Shown piece after piece: positions 25,601 to 38,805 of a stretch of DNA of 64,000 nt. Made by a program: the position numbers and the translations under genes. A model generated the notes under the pieces. The model was not told the origin of the DNA, did not search any database, and worked only from the letters and a program-made list of their open reading frames with translations. Numbering within the stretch: the first letter of the stretch is position 1; every line of letters begins with the position of its first letter. The stretch spans positions 27,966,848 through 28,030,847 of the forward strand of contig CM120643.1 in assembly GCA_051362555.1 (NCBI GenBank). The letters run 5' to 3'. The DNA comes from Lingula anatina. Lineage: Eukaryota > Animalia > Brachiopoda.

Positions 25601-28600
25601 CATTTAGTAAAGCAGTCTTATATCATACCGCATTTTACAATGGGGTAAAGTTATTATAAGAGATATAAAAAACAAACTTGTGAAAAAGCTTGATTTGTCT
25701 TTAATTTGTCAAAAATGAGTAAATTTAACCCTTTTTCAAAACTGCATGTGCTAGCAGTAGCCAGTTCAATGATGTTAAAACATCTTATAAATACACTGTA
25801 GTCCATATTTTCAGATCAAAAGCTGATGAAATCCTTCTTACATAAGCTGGAACTTTCTCTTCTTGTGTTTCTTCTTCTGCAGATACACTGCTACTCTGTG
25901 TTTGCTTCCTGTAGAGTAGAGTTGGACTTTTTTTTAAACAAAAATCAAGAACAAAAACTTGTACACAGGGCACTAAATTACCAGCTAATGAACTTTAACT
26001 GAGCTATATTACGAGTTCTACGAAAGACAACTGTTATGCCTTTTTAATTCCACCATTCTTATTCCATATCTTATAAAATATACGATGAAAGAAAATATGA
26101 TCAAGATATCAATATAATAATAAAAGAACAAACAGTACTACAAAATCTGTCCTGAAAAAATCAAGAAAAAGAGACGCCTACTTTGGCTTTAGTGTGTCTC
26201 CTTTAAAGGCCAACTTCTCGATGCAATTTGAGAATTCTTTCACAAGTTGTGTACACAGCGCTGTGGCCTCAATTTGAACATCTCGTTGATCAAACAGCTG
26301 CAAATAGATCATAAAAGAAAATGGTTATTTTTCTCAGTTAAAAAAAAATGTAATTCATTCAAAAAATGTCATGTCTTTATTTTGGCCACTTCAGTATATC
26401 ATATTTTTAATTCAAGGTCTTATGATATTAATTTAATCCTATAGGATATTAACTATAATTCATAATCTGCATATAACTTTTGCAGCAGTAAGAACAATGT
26501 ATGTTTTTAGACAATCTATGAAGTTTGTTCAAAATGTTATATAACTGAATAATTAGCCCCTTTTTATGTTCAAAGAGCACATGCCCAAAAACTTCAAAAT
26601 GAAAATAACATAAATATATATGAAATTAAAAATCATTGTGTTACACACTCAATTACTTTACAAAAATTAGTTACTGAAATTGTGAAAACAACCTATCAAC
26701 TGGTCTGCCTATGATAAAACTCACATTGGTCTCTCCTGGCTTCAGCTTCATGACTACCTCATGGAGGTGCTGGATTGTTTCATTGACTATATTCTCAAAT
26801 AATAGGGGCTGCAAAATAATCATCATAGACCATTTCAACTTTTATTCTGTGAATTTATAAAATAAAATGTTTATCTAAGATCATCTGAGAACTAATCTTT
26901 TTCTTTTTGCTTTTAATTTTAACTGTACATACTGTATCAGTGCTTCAAGTTGTTTTTTAAAGTGAATAATATAACATTCTATTGATAATGTAAAATTAAT
27001 TTACATCTATTTATCTTATATATTTACTATATGCTTTGTCTTAATAAGCAAAAACTTTAATTCAATTTTAATTCACAAAATAACACATACATATTATTAG
27101 ACATTAAGCAACAACTTAAATAACACCTGATAAAAGGGTCAGCAGATATTGTTAAAGTGACCCACTTATCAAAAATACTGTCACAGTGACCTACTTACCA
27201 GCTGAGTGATGCCACCACACACATCATCTGTATCCACATTCCAGGACTCCCTCTGGTGGAGGTTCTTCATGTCTGGGTAATATAACAGATGAAGATTAAT
27301 CAATGTTGGGGTCAGATTTCATTTCTAACAAGAATCAGGAATCATAAGAAGGGTAAAGATGTTCCTTAAGACCAGCATTCTTCATAAAGTAAGCCCCTTT
27401 GGAATGTGGATGGGCCATTATTTTGATGAGTTTCCTTTTTTTTTTACAAGTCCACAGAATTTTTTTTAATTCACATTAAAACGTGTATTTAATAAACTAC
27501 TTTTGACTAAAAAAATACAACAAAATATTATCCTTAATTATTTCATACAGCCGTGAAAATACAAAAGTATATACTGTAAGATATGAAAACAACAGTGACA
27601 TGTTGTCCTCACCTTGAATAGCTTGTTTGAGCAGTGTCACCATGCAGTGTGTTCTCATGTCAAAGGCCAGCTCTTGGCAGATGTTTAGACATTCTTCTGG
27701 TAAGTCTAAGTTAGAGAGAGCACCAACACATGACCTGAAATACAACAGATTGTGTTAGGTGAGACAAGACAACAGATTGTGTTAGGTGAGACAAGACAAC
27801 AGATTGTGTTAGGGGAGACAATACAACAGATTGTGTTAAGTGAGACAAGACAACAGATTGTGTTAGGTCAGACAAGACAACAGATTGTGTTAGGGGAGAC
27901 AATACAACAGGTTGCGTTAGGTGAGACAAGACAACAGATTGTGTTAGGTGAGACAAGGCAACAGATTGTGTTAAAGTGAGACAAGACAACAGATTCACCG
28001 TTCCGAGATGAGTGATTGACAGCATTGTTTTAACCAATAGAACCGTATAATTAATGTCACGTGATACGCATGTGTAAACAGCCGCCATCTTACCGGACAA
28101 ACAATCATCTGTCCGGTGTATCAGATTACGTTGAAGATTTTTGCATTTTTTGTCACTTAAGACAAGTTTCTCCGACAAAGTCATGCCAGTAAAACACTGT
28201 TGTTATGGGTGTTGCAAATCTGATTCTCGTTATCCGGAACGAATGGAAGGGGTGTATTTCATTGCTTTTCCGAAGCCAAAAACACAGCTGGAGAAGTGTC
28301 TAACCTGGATTCGTGCATGCAGCCGTCACACAACTCAGCGTTAAGAATGTTACAAAAGACACTTATATATGTTCAAAGGTGAGTTCAAGCTCTTATTTAT
28401 GCAGTGCAGACATTTACTTATTCAGTTTATTCCAAAAACAATTTATTTACAGTAAACGGTATACAAAACGTGAAGATGGCGCCGAATATTAATATGGCGA
28501 CAGACTTAGTAAGTTTGTAATGCAGGACAGGGAATGTAACAGCCACGCATCGTAAAATTGTGTATTTTCCCTGGTTACTGGGGCTTTTTCTGGTTAAACC

Positions 28601-31507
28601 ACCGGTGTTATGAAGATATGTTTGATGTTTATGCCTTTAAACTATAAACCTTTATAATAGAAACTATACATTTTTTCATTCATGACATGTAGCATTTCAA
28701 AAGTGCCAGTGGCCCAACATCAGATTATCCTGATCCTGTTCCCTTTGACAGCAGTGTCTTCAGAAAAGCAAGAAAAAGACTATAGCAGGAGGTTGAAAGG
28801 TAATATTATTATACTACACATCAAAACATCTGAGAACATGTAAATTAGGCATAATTTTCAATTACTCATTTCTTGGGAAAAAAAATGATCGAGAAATATG
28901 TACACAACAGAATGTGCTTTGTTCAAACTAATACCCCCGTCACACTTATTTGCAATCAGCAGGAAACAAGCAGAACCAACCGGAATGAATGAAATTTAAA
29001 ATTCGTACACCATTCGGGAGGGAATTTCAAATTCTTACAGCTTTGTGAGAATGTCGCTAGAATACTCGGAATGAACATCAAATGATTCTGGCACATTCCA
29101 GATAAAGGACCCGTCACACTAGAGACAGAATGAGCAAGAATGCCGTTGGAAATACAATCCTTTGTACATTCCTGGATATAAGAATAGCTGACCCTAATGT
29201 TTTGCTCATGCTCAAAACTTTTGAAATCCATTCAGTGGGAAATTTATTTGGTTCTAGTGTACAAGTGATCACCAAATTTATGGATAATGTTCCATGACGT
29301 AAAGAAAGTTTAAAAAAAATGGACTTGTGGCCTCAATTCAATTATTTCATTTAACTGTGAAGCATATTCTTGATTTAATGTCCCCATTATGCCTATTTCA
29401 GCTTTATACATAACAAAAATTTCATAGATTATAATTTTTTTTCGTTCAAATAATTTTTTGTTCTTGCAGTGATGAGAATAATTCGCATGCATCGGACTCA
29501 ACTGTTGAAACAGAAACTGGTACAGGCACTCAGACAGAAGAACAGTGTAAGTTTATTTCAAGTTTAAAGTATTAGACAAAAATGGTTTTGCAAAGTCTTT
29601 GGAAAATCTGGATAGTTTTTATAGAAGTTCCGTCATGTAAGCTTGATCTGGCATAATCCTCTGAATTGTGTAAATACAATAAATTCACAGAAGTCGCATC
29701 CTGTTATCATGAGCTGTCCTTGAATTTGAGCGTAATAGCCATGGGTTGTTTTTAATCTTATTTCCCCATTATTGTTTTCAAGACAAAAATTGGCAATGTC
29801 TTCACATGCTGCCAAAATTTTCATGTTTCTTGCTGTGAAGGGACATTTGATTTCTGCAATTCCAGTTTGTCCATTGTCACACAACTTTCTATCTGGAGTT
29901 GCCCCAATTCCATGGACTGAATCCTCTGTCCTTTTGATGTTTCTTGTCTGAAATAAATCAGTCATAATTAAAAACTAAATGTATATTTAAATAAGAAATC
30001 ATGTCAGCATATACATTTATTATAATTGTAAATATATACATAAATTTTTTTTTATTGCAGGGGTTTCTCCAATGGACATGTTAGCTATATCTACAGATTA
30101 ACACGTATTGCGTGGTGAATTAGACTTGAAAAATAACAAAATCAAGCAATTGGAGTCAATGATCATGAAATTGAAAGACGAAAAAAAAAAGCAGCTGAAG
30201 GCAAAAATTGAGGATCAAATGAAATTTGGAATAGACAGCATTTTAGACAAAGAACCGAAGTTAAATATTACACAGGAATTACGGTTGCGGTTTAAAAGCG
30301 GTTTAAAAGTTTGTTCAAATTTTTGATACCAGACAACTATATACTACAGCATGAAAAAGGTCGGATTGATATTAAAATTTTGACACAAGAGGACTGCTTA
30401 TTTTCAGTGTTGATACAGTTACGTCACAATTTTGGTTTCAAGGATATTGCCATTAGATTTGGTTTAACTGTTCAGTCTGCTGGAAGTATTTTTAATACAT
30501 GGATAGCCCACATGCATCATAAAGTTAGGACAACTGTCAATATGTTGCTTTATAACTTTATTTCAAGTTACTTTTGTCACTGATAAAAGCTCAAATGAAG
30601 ATGATTGATTATTAAAAAATAAATTATAATTGTAGAAATAACTTTCAATTGTACTTACTTAAATGAAAATGTGTATATATAGAAGCGAAAAATGCTTTCA
30701 TTGTATACAGTGATTTTTTTACCCCAATTTTGCCACTTTTCTGCCAAAAGCTGATAAGAACTTGTTGTCGAAATGTTATGTGATATCAAGCAGATTTTTA
30801 CCTGATAAGATAGATATGAGCCAAGTTGCACTTTTCTTAATGGTATATCTACATCCACTGAAGCAATATAGGCCAATGGGTTCCCTTTCAGGTTTTCGAG
30901 GATGTTGATGTCTTGGTGGCTTATCTTTGGTAATCTGAAGTTCAACAGAATTTTCATATAACTTGAACACCCAGGTTTTGAAATAATACTATTAAATCAT
31001 CTAGTGTTATTTGAGTGTTTCACAACGTAACACTACACTCGGGTCCAAAACAGAAACTACCCGATGTCAGTACTGTACATAAAAATATTATCTCTGTAGA
31101 ATTTTATTGCTGAAAAGTATATAATAAAACCACAGAATGGGCTTTTAAGCGTATGAGTAATTTGTTATGATTTATCTGGGGAAAAGCAAAATAAAAGCAT
31201 TCAGCACATAGCTGAAAACGGACAATTCTGGTTTCATGAAAATAAGAAATATCTATATTTTTAAAAAAATTTAGTCAAAACATACTGGGAATAGGGATAA
31301 AAAATGCAAGTAAACAGTCTACTAAAATAGCTCACTGAGATAGCAACCATTTGATTTTCTAGAGGTGGTTTGGAATTCTTGTCTGGTGAAGAAATTTTAA
31401 ATTATTTTCTTGATGCAGTGAGACTAATATTTTTTCTTCAAATTTAAAATTTCATATGGTAAGAATTATTTTTACAAACTGTCAAAATCATCTTTACTCG
31501 AATCTAT

Positions 31508-31539
<32 letters not shown>

Positions 31540-34500
31540 AAAAAAAAAACAAAAAAAAACAAGAGAACACTCGATACGTTTTCAAGGGTGGTTTTCTAAT
31601 TATTGTGTGTAAGACAACACAGAAATCTAATAATGTACTTGTAATAAACACCATTTGACCAAAAATATATTTATCACATTCTGAGTGACTCAATATCGTG
31701 TACAGAAGTTTCACTGCACAAATGTAAACATGTCCACTGTGGTACTACAGTAGGCTAGACATAAATGATAGATCAAATGAAAGGCGTGAACGGCGTACGC
31801 AACAATTGTACCTCTAAAAGAATCTAATTGTAAGGAAAAAGTAGAAAATGTAAAAACTTACCCGGCTTTACAAGAACAAAATGAATCGGACAACATTTTA
31901 TCGCCGATTTCGATTTGGAGTTTGTGCGGTTCTTCAGTTTTCCTCATCGAGCGCCAACATTGTGCGTCACCATAAATTGTTCCGTTTCCCTCAGAAATCT
32001 TCACATTGTGAATATAACCTTGCGTAAAATAGTTCAGTCCTTTTTGAAGAGCCTTTTATGACACAGATTCACTATTCGGAAGGAAATTAACTGCGATATT
32101 TTCTGGTATGTTCTCTAAGGAATCTGACACGATGTTTGTCTGCTCGGTGGCCATTTTGACTATTGCTTGTTACACCTAGCAACAGTATCTAAGGGGGCGG
32201 AGCTTATCCGCTCATCTCGGAACGGTGAATTGTGTTAGGTCAGACAAGACAACCGATTGTGTGAGGTGAGACAAGAACACAGTTTGTGTTGGGTGAGACA
32301 AGGCAACAGATTGTGTTAGGTGAGACAAGGCAACAGATTGTGTTAGGGGAGACAATACAACAGGTTGTGTTAGGTGAGACAAGACAACAGATTGTGATAG
32401 GTGAGACAAGGCAACAGATTGTGCTAGCTGAGTCTACACAACATAATGTATTGGGATAGAAAAATCAATCAGGACATGGAATGGTGAAATGAAATGCTGC
32501 CGACAGTCAGAGCCTAGGAAGCATGCATACATGCAGCCATGAAAATGAAGAAGCTAGATGTAATTGGGCCTGAGACTAGGGCTAATCTAACCTCATAAAC
32601 CTTACATAGACAGGTAATTCATTATCACACATCCTCACCTGATATATCTCACACAGTGTGGCAGCCAGGCGCCCCGAGTATCATGTTTACTTTCGGACCA
32701 TTCTCCAAAGGTTTTGCGCAGAGCTGGATCAATGTTTTCCAAGGACTCAGGTAAAAATGCAGCTCTCATCAAATTGGAGAAAAGCTGGATAACATCAGAA
32801 GCCATTTTCTGAATAAAATGAAAAAGATTAGATTTAGGGGAAATCAGCAATGACAAGCTTTAACTTCAAATGGTGATTTTAATGTTCTCTTTCTGCAGCA
32901 TTCTACAAATATGCTTAACTTCCTGAGCTATTCTTCATATGCCAATACTTGTTCATGTACAGCTTATCAACTTGTTAACTATTTATAAATAATCTGTAAG
33001 TTTTTTATGTTAACACTTTGTTTACCTTAAACTCCACATGCTTTGAAGTGTCAATCTTTTGGATTCGCTCAGTCTGAAAGCAAAATTATCACTAAGAGGG
33101 TTATTCACGACCGTTGATAATATCATGTTATTACAGTTCTCAAAATGCATGTATAAACTATTTAACAGGTTAATGATAAAAATAAAATTATTTTTCTAAG
33201 GCTATCAAATACTAAAAGGTAAATAGAATGTTATACAAGTGCTGAGTGAACCACACTGGTTATCATATCAATACAGTTCACCTACCTCTCTCAGGATGAG
33301 GTTTCCACTGAAGTCAGCCTGACCTAGCTTCCAGAAGTCATAAATCTATACAGTTCACCTACCTCTCTCAGGATGAGGTTTCCACTGAAGTAAGCCTGGC
33401 CCAGCTTCCAGAAGTCATAAATCTATACAGTTCACCTACCTCTCTCAGGATGAGGTTTCCACTGAAGTAAGCCTGGCCCAGCTTCCAAAAGTCAGGGAAA
33501 CTTTCTGTTAGAATGTCTGTTAATTCTTCAACAAAGAGCACCCTCTGTGGAGTTTTAAACTTCCATCCTACAGAAAAAAAGTATGTAAGTGAATAAATTT
33601 TAAGTTAAAAGACATGCTGCATTTAAATAATTTCTTCGAAAGAAAACTATCTGGGTAAATTAAAACATTATGCATTTGATGAAAACCATATTTGCTATAT
33701 TTTGTGTCCAATGAAGAGAATGAACTCAATTTTAAAGATGATAAATATCTAAGGCCTACCTGCTTGTTCTGGAGACTGCGTTGAGCTGAAACTATGGTTC
33801 TTCCCTGAAATAAACAATTATTGAATATTCAGGCAGTCTTTTTTCAGAAATTAAAGTAAAACAGCTTGCATTAAAACAGCACCATTCTTACCTGTAAAAA
33901 GCCTTGATGAATTTTGCAACTGATTTCGAGAAATTCTGAAGAAAAAAATCTCTCTATGGTCTATGGCAGAGAGTACAAAGTTAATACTGTGAAGAAAACT
34001 GACCTGTTTTAAATCCTGAAGTGAGACTGAACCCTGGCACTGCTATCCTCTGAGAGGGGGTGGGTGGGGTCTCAGTCTCAACCTGGGGCAGCATGAATGA
34101 CTTATCTGGAGGAAATAAAACATAAAATACTTACTATTCACTTTTACACACCTGTAAAACTTTAATTTGTGCAAAAGTGGACATGGGTGACACATTTAAA
34201 GGAACAATGTATATAAGTCTATTGTCTATATTGTTTTCAGTCAAGGTGGATAAAACTGAAATTATGAGCTTTTACAGCTACAATACAAACCTATTTTTTT
34301 TATTAATGTTAAGATATAATTCCTTTATTCTGCCCTTTATTTCATATCTTACACGGCTGTCATTAATATATCAACAAAGGATTTCACCACTCAAATTTCA
34401 AGATAAATAACTGGAGAAACTTTTAAAAGTAATTGAAAACTAATAACCAACTGAAAATGTAAAAGCAAACTTGACCACCAAAATAATTTGCATTCTACCT

Positions 34501-37500
34501 GTACTTTGTAACCATTCATTCATTTACCAAAACAAATGATAATACATTAAAAAACTGAAAAGTAAACTAAATGAATAAAAAAATATTCAAAAATTGGGAT
34601 TTCAAGCATCAAACAATCTAGTGCCCCAGACAACACCAAAAAGTTCAAGTTATAAAAGCAGCTTTGCCACCCCTCAGAGAAAACAGAAACCAAAAACAAC
34701 ATGAAGTCACTGGTTTGAAGAAAGCTGGCATCAGATTCTTCTTTTTAAATTAAAGCTTTATTTGTAAGCACGTTATCCACCTCAGTCAAGAATTTAGCAA
34801 GTTAATTATAGCAGGGTGGTTAGGACACAATAATGGCTGGGCCAAAAATATGATAAAAGTACAGACTTTCCAGACGGTATCTAGTAATCTGTTGGTTAAT
34901 CCAGGCTCTTCCATACACCGCAAATTAAAATATATTGTTCACATTTACCACCGGTTGTTACATGAATGGATTTTGAAAAGTAAATATATATACACATATA
35001 GCATTTGGTAAGGAAGTTAAGAATTATTTCCCCAATAAGAACCATTTTTTCTTTAAATTCAGAACCAGCAACTTACCAAATAAAGGGTAAACAAGCCTGG
35101 CTTGCTGTATTAATATGATTTTCATTTTATCTATACACTGTGACAGTAAATGAGATAATATGTCTCCATCACAATTAAAAGATAATATAGAAACAAGTGT
35201 TTTCATAATCAATGGCCCCAAAATTTTCTTATTTATTAATGAATTCAAAACTGCAATCTAACATTCCCAAGTTTCAATTCAATAAATAAATACTGTAATG
35301 CAAGAACTTTAAGAGAATAATTTTTCTAACTCATCTCTCCCCATATAACTCCCTCTTTTAAAACAAATTTAAAAACATGAAATTTAATATTAAGTACCCA
35401 TGCCCTGCTCCCCAATGTACAAAGTTTACAAGCTAAGGGGTGTATATGACCCCATGAAGACAGACACATGGGACTAGTTGGATCAGTCCAAACTCTGTGG
35501 GGGGTTCTCTCTAAAGACATTCAGTGCAATCAGCTTAACTGTCTGACACACCTACTCGAGTAGCTAGGGGTAATTAACTTTCAACAAGCTGCTTTAAGAG
35601 GTGTGTCATTCAGTTGCACTGAGCAAGTCCCTGCAGAGCTGGACCGACCCAACTAGTAGGATGTGTTTATCTGAATGCTCCCCCTGAGGCATGAAGCCAG
35701 TTAAAGAAGTTAGTAGAAGGTGCCCACCACCTGTGTCCATGTGTCCAGTCTTACAGTCTGTCAGCAGCTGGAGCAGCCACTGTTGCTGGTTACTAAGACA
35801 CTCCCAGGCTGGGTCACCTGCACTCTCCAGCTCTACTAGGTACCTGGAATTGACGGGAATTTTTTAATTTTGGGAAACAATTTTCTTCTGAAGTTGCTAT
35901 ATCTGACAGTATATGGTTATATCTGAAAGTGAGTTTGACAACACTGTGTCTTCACCACGAGGACTTAGTTGAACCATTAATGCCAAGTGCTAGTCCTTGT
36001 GTAGACAATATTGTCAAAGGCAAAGCCATCATAAGCTGAGAAACATGTCTTTGTAACTGTCATGTAATTAAAAACTAAATTAATGACCCTTGATGTTCTG
36101 GATATTCATAACAAGCTTAACAGAGACCTTTTCAGAAAATGAAAAAGAATTCTGACAGCTATGCAGAGAAAAATCCATTTTCTATGCCTAAATGTAATCT
36201 TATGAACAACTCAAAAAGGTGGGCTCCTGTCTTCCTTACGGTGCTCTCACCTGACCAGTTTCTTCTGCTCATCCAAGGTGGAAGGAAGCTCCAGAAGTTT
36301 TTTATGCAGCATCTCCCTGAAGTCAGCTACACGCCGCTCCACTTCTTCATAAACTGAAATATCCAAACAAATATCTAAGCAATAGCTCAATACATTTTGA
36401 TAGAAGTCATAATGTTTAAAACCCATTCTATTTTTAAAATACTTTAAACTAAACAGTTTAACTGTATTCCTTGAACATTTCGCTTTCTAACATTTTTGTT
36501 CAGGCAATAAATACTAAATTATTACTAAAAAAATTCCAATCTTCAAAATATTATATTATAGTTTAAATAGTTTTAATTTACGCTTTAAGTACATAAATCA
36601 AATGGAAATTTTAATTTTCAACATAGTAGTTGCATAACTACCTTTTTTAAAGACAGCTATATCTGTGTCCTTAAAGAGTGACCTCACTCTCCCATAGTCA
36701 TTGATAACCATGTCATAATCTCCCTGGGAACATTGAAACACAGAACCTTCAGTTTAAGACCATTCTGACAAATAACATAGCACAATACTACTCTCCATTA
36801 GGATGAATAAAAAGAAGAACTCATAAAGCATTTTATTTTAGTCAAAAAAAATATATCAAAACCTTACTGAGATGACTGAATTTTAAAAAAGGTTCGTAAT
36901 CAAAAATATATGAATCATACCTAAAGCAGAGGGCTAATTTTACCTTTTTAATATTTTTCTCCATGTTGCATGGCAGATTGAAGAGAAACTTGAACCTCTG
37001 GAGGACACTGAGGGCATTTCTGGTGCTGTCTGCCCTGTCCTTCCTCCCCAGGACATCTTGAAACAAACTGTCAGCCGTCTTGTTGGCATCTGGGAGCATA
37101 TACAAACTTAGTCAGATTATAACTAGAAAACACGCTAAAGAAATATGCATACATTACAAATGTGTCATTTTTACAATATTTTTCTATTTTGTGAAGATGT
37201 GCATATTTTCCTTTCCCAGTTCTGTCAGTTTAAAAATCTCTAATGAAATCAGTTATCTTGAAGATACCTCCATTTTCCATTTAACCTATAAATTCAATAT
37301 GTGTGCTCTGCTTGCTTTCCATCCATTTCAGCCCACAAAATCTTGATGATCAGAGCCTCAAATCAAAGCTTACCGCGAAGTAAGTTCTCCAGTTGGTATG
37401 TGATACTGCTGCCATCATTGGCCTGTATGTCTCGTATCAACTCCTCATGCATGGCTGGCATTGTGGGAAAATAGAATACAGGTCAGGGAGATGTAAAATT

Positions 37501-38770
37501 AACATTTTATTTGACTGGGAGTTAATACATCTTCTTTTTTTTCCCCAGTTTGGGAGTTGAATTAAATGTTCTCATACAAAATAAAAATAAAAAAAAAAAT
37601 CACATACTTCACTCTAATTTTTTTCCTGTTCGATATTTATATTTAAGGAGATTGAGGAGATTTTTTTAATTTATAAAAAATTTTTCTAACTGCTGGCAGA
37701 CTCAAGGAACCAATCACATAACAGCTTTCCCAAGACAAGCCACACCCATACTTCTCATGGTTTCCTGACAGTCCATGAATGTGGACAGGTTTGTCTTGAC
37801 AAATGCCAGTGGCCCCTCTTTTTGGCGACCGCTGTTCCTCTTCAGATACTGTAGTCCTGCCTTTAAGTCATCAAACCTTAAACACACAGAGAGATTCTGA
37901 ATAACACTGTCAAAAAGAATTTTACATCTTACTAAATAAAATCAGAGCCTGCAGTATTTCTATTTTTCAGTGATATTTTTCAGCTTTAAATTTTCAATTT
38001 AACAGAGAGAAATAATTATACACAACTTATTCTAGAGACTAAACTGGGGTTCACACTGGTACTTAGGATAATAAAATGTTTAAGAAAAGTGAAGATTTGT
38101 TGAATAGTCAGTTCATTAAATACTCATACATTACTACATCAACCTATTGAGATATTCCTACCCTGCACCGTGGTGGTTTTCCAGCAGGAACCAAGCAGAA
38201 TCAAAGTTTTCCAGTTTAGTGTCCCCAGAACCTAGGGAAGAAAATGAGAGGTCCATCAGAATGTGTCACTGTCATATCTAACATTCCAGGATGAGCTGTC
38301 ACATGGACCAACAATCACTAATTAGTTCAGCAACAGGTCATTGAAAAGAACAAACAGCAGAACAGATAACCACAGAATGTTCATTGTGTATGTCTAACTT
38401 TGTATCCATCTGTCTCTCTCACTGTCTCACTGCCTGCCTGTCTGTGTGTATGTCTTTCTGGGATAAATTGATTTTTATCATTACCTCATCTAAACATTTG
38501 CCCTTCTATTTTCACCATGAAATCACTCATACAAAGAGACCTCTAATTCAAAATGGGAATGTATGACTTCATTTACCTTCAGGGAATATTTCCAGCAAGA
38601 TATCCTCTGCATACTTCCCCCTGAAAGAAACATTTTGAACAAATATTAATGTCTAAAAACTAATAACAGGTCACTTGTCTAATAATTAATAACAGGTCAC
38701 TTGAGGCTAAAGCAGTTTTATGTATATTGTTTATATTCTCAGAGATAGACTGGCCACTCCTCATCCCCTT

Positions 38771-38805
<35 letters not shown>

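Larger units (their letters stand above)
27995..32228. mobile_element. Decayed ISL2EU-type (PIF/Harbinger-related) DNA transposon, 4234 bp
   Basis: 18-bp perfect TIRs TCACCGTTCCGAGATGAG ... CTCATCTCGGAACGGTGA and an AT target duplication (cagAT|...|ATtgtg restores the minisatellite unit). It carries a THAP + HTH transposase remnant on + and a SWIM + YqaJ exonuclease remnant on -, the gene pair and TSD known for ISL2EU. Confidence 0.85.

Noticed and set aside
27711-28184. 157-aa and 75-aa ORFs with 9-aa repeats
   Set aside because: Stop-free frames of the 27-bp minisatellite.
27742-32435. CRISPR-like appearance of the 27-bp repeats next to a nuclease (YqaJ, Cas4-like fold) gene
   Set aside because: Units are head-to-tail with no unique spacers, the context is a eukaryotic intron, and the nuclease belongs to an ISL2EU transposon.
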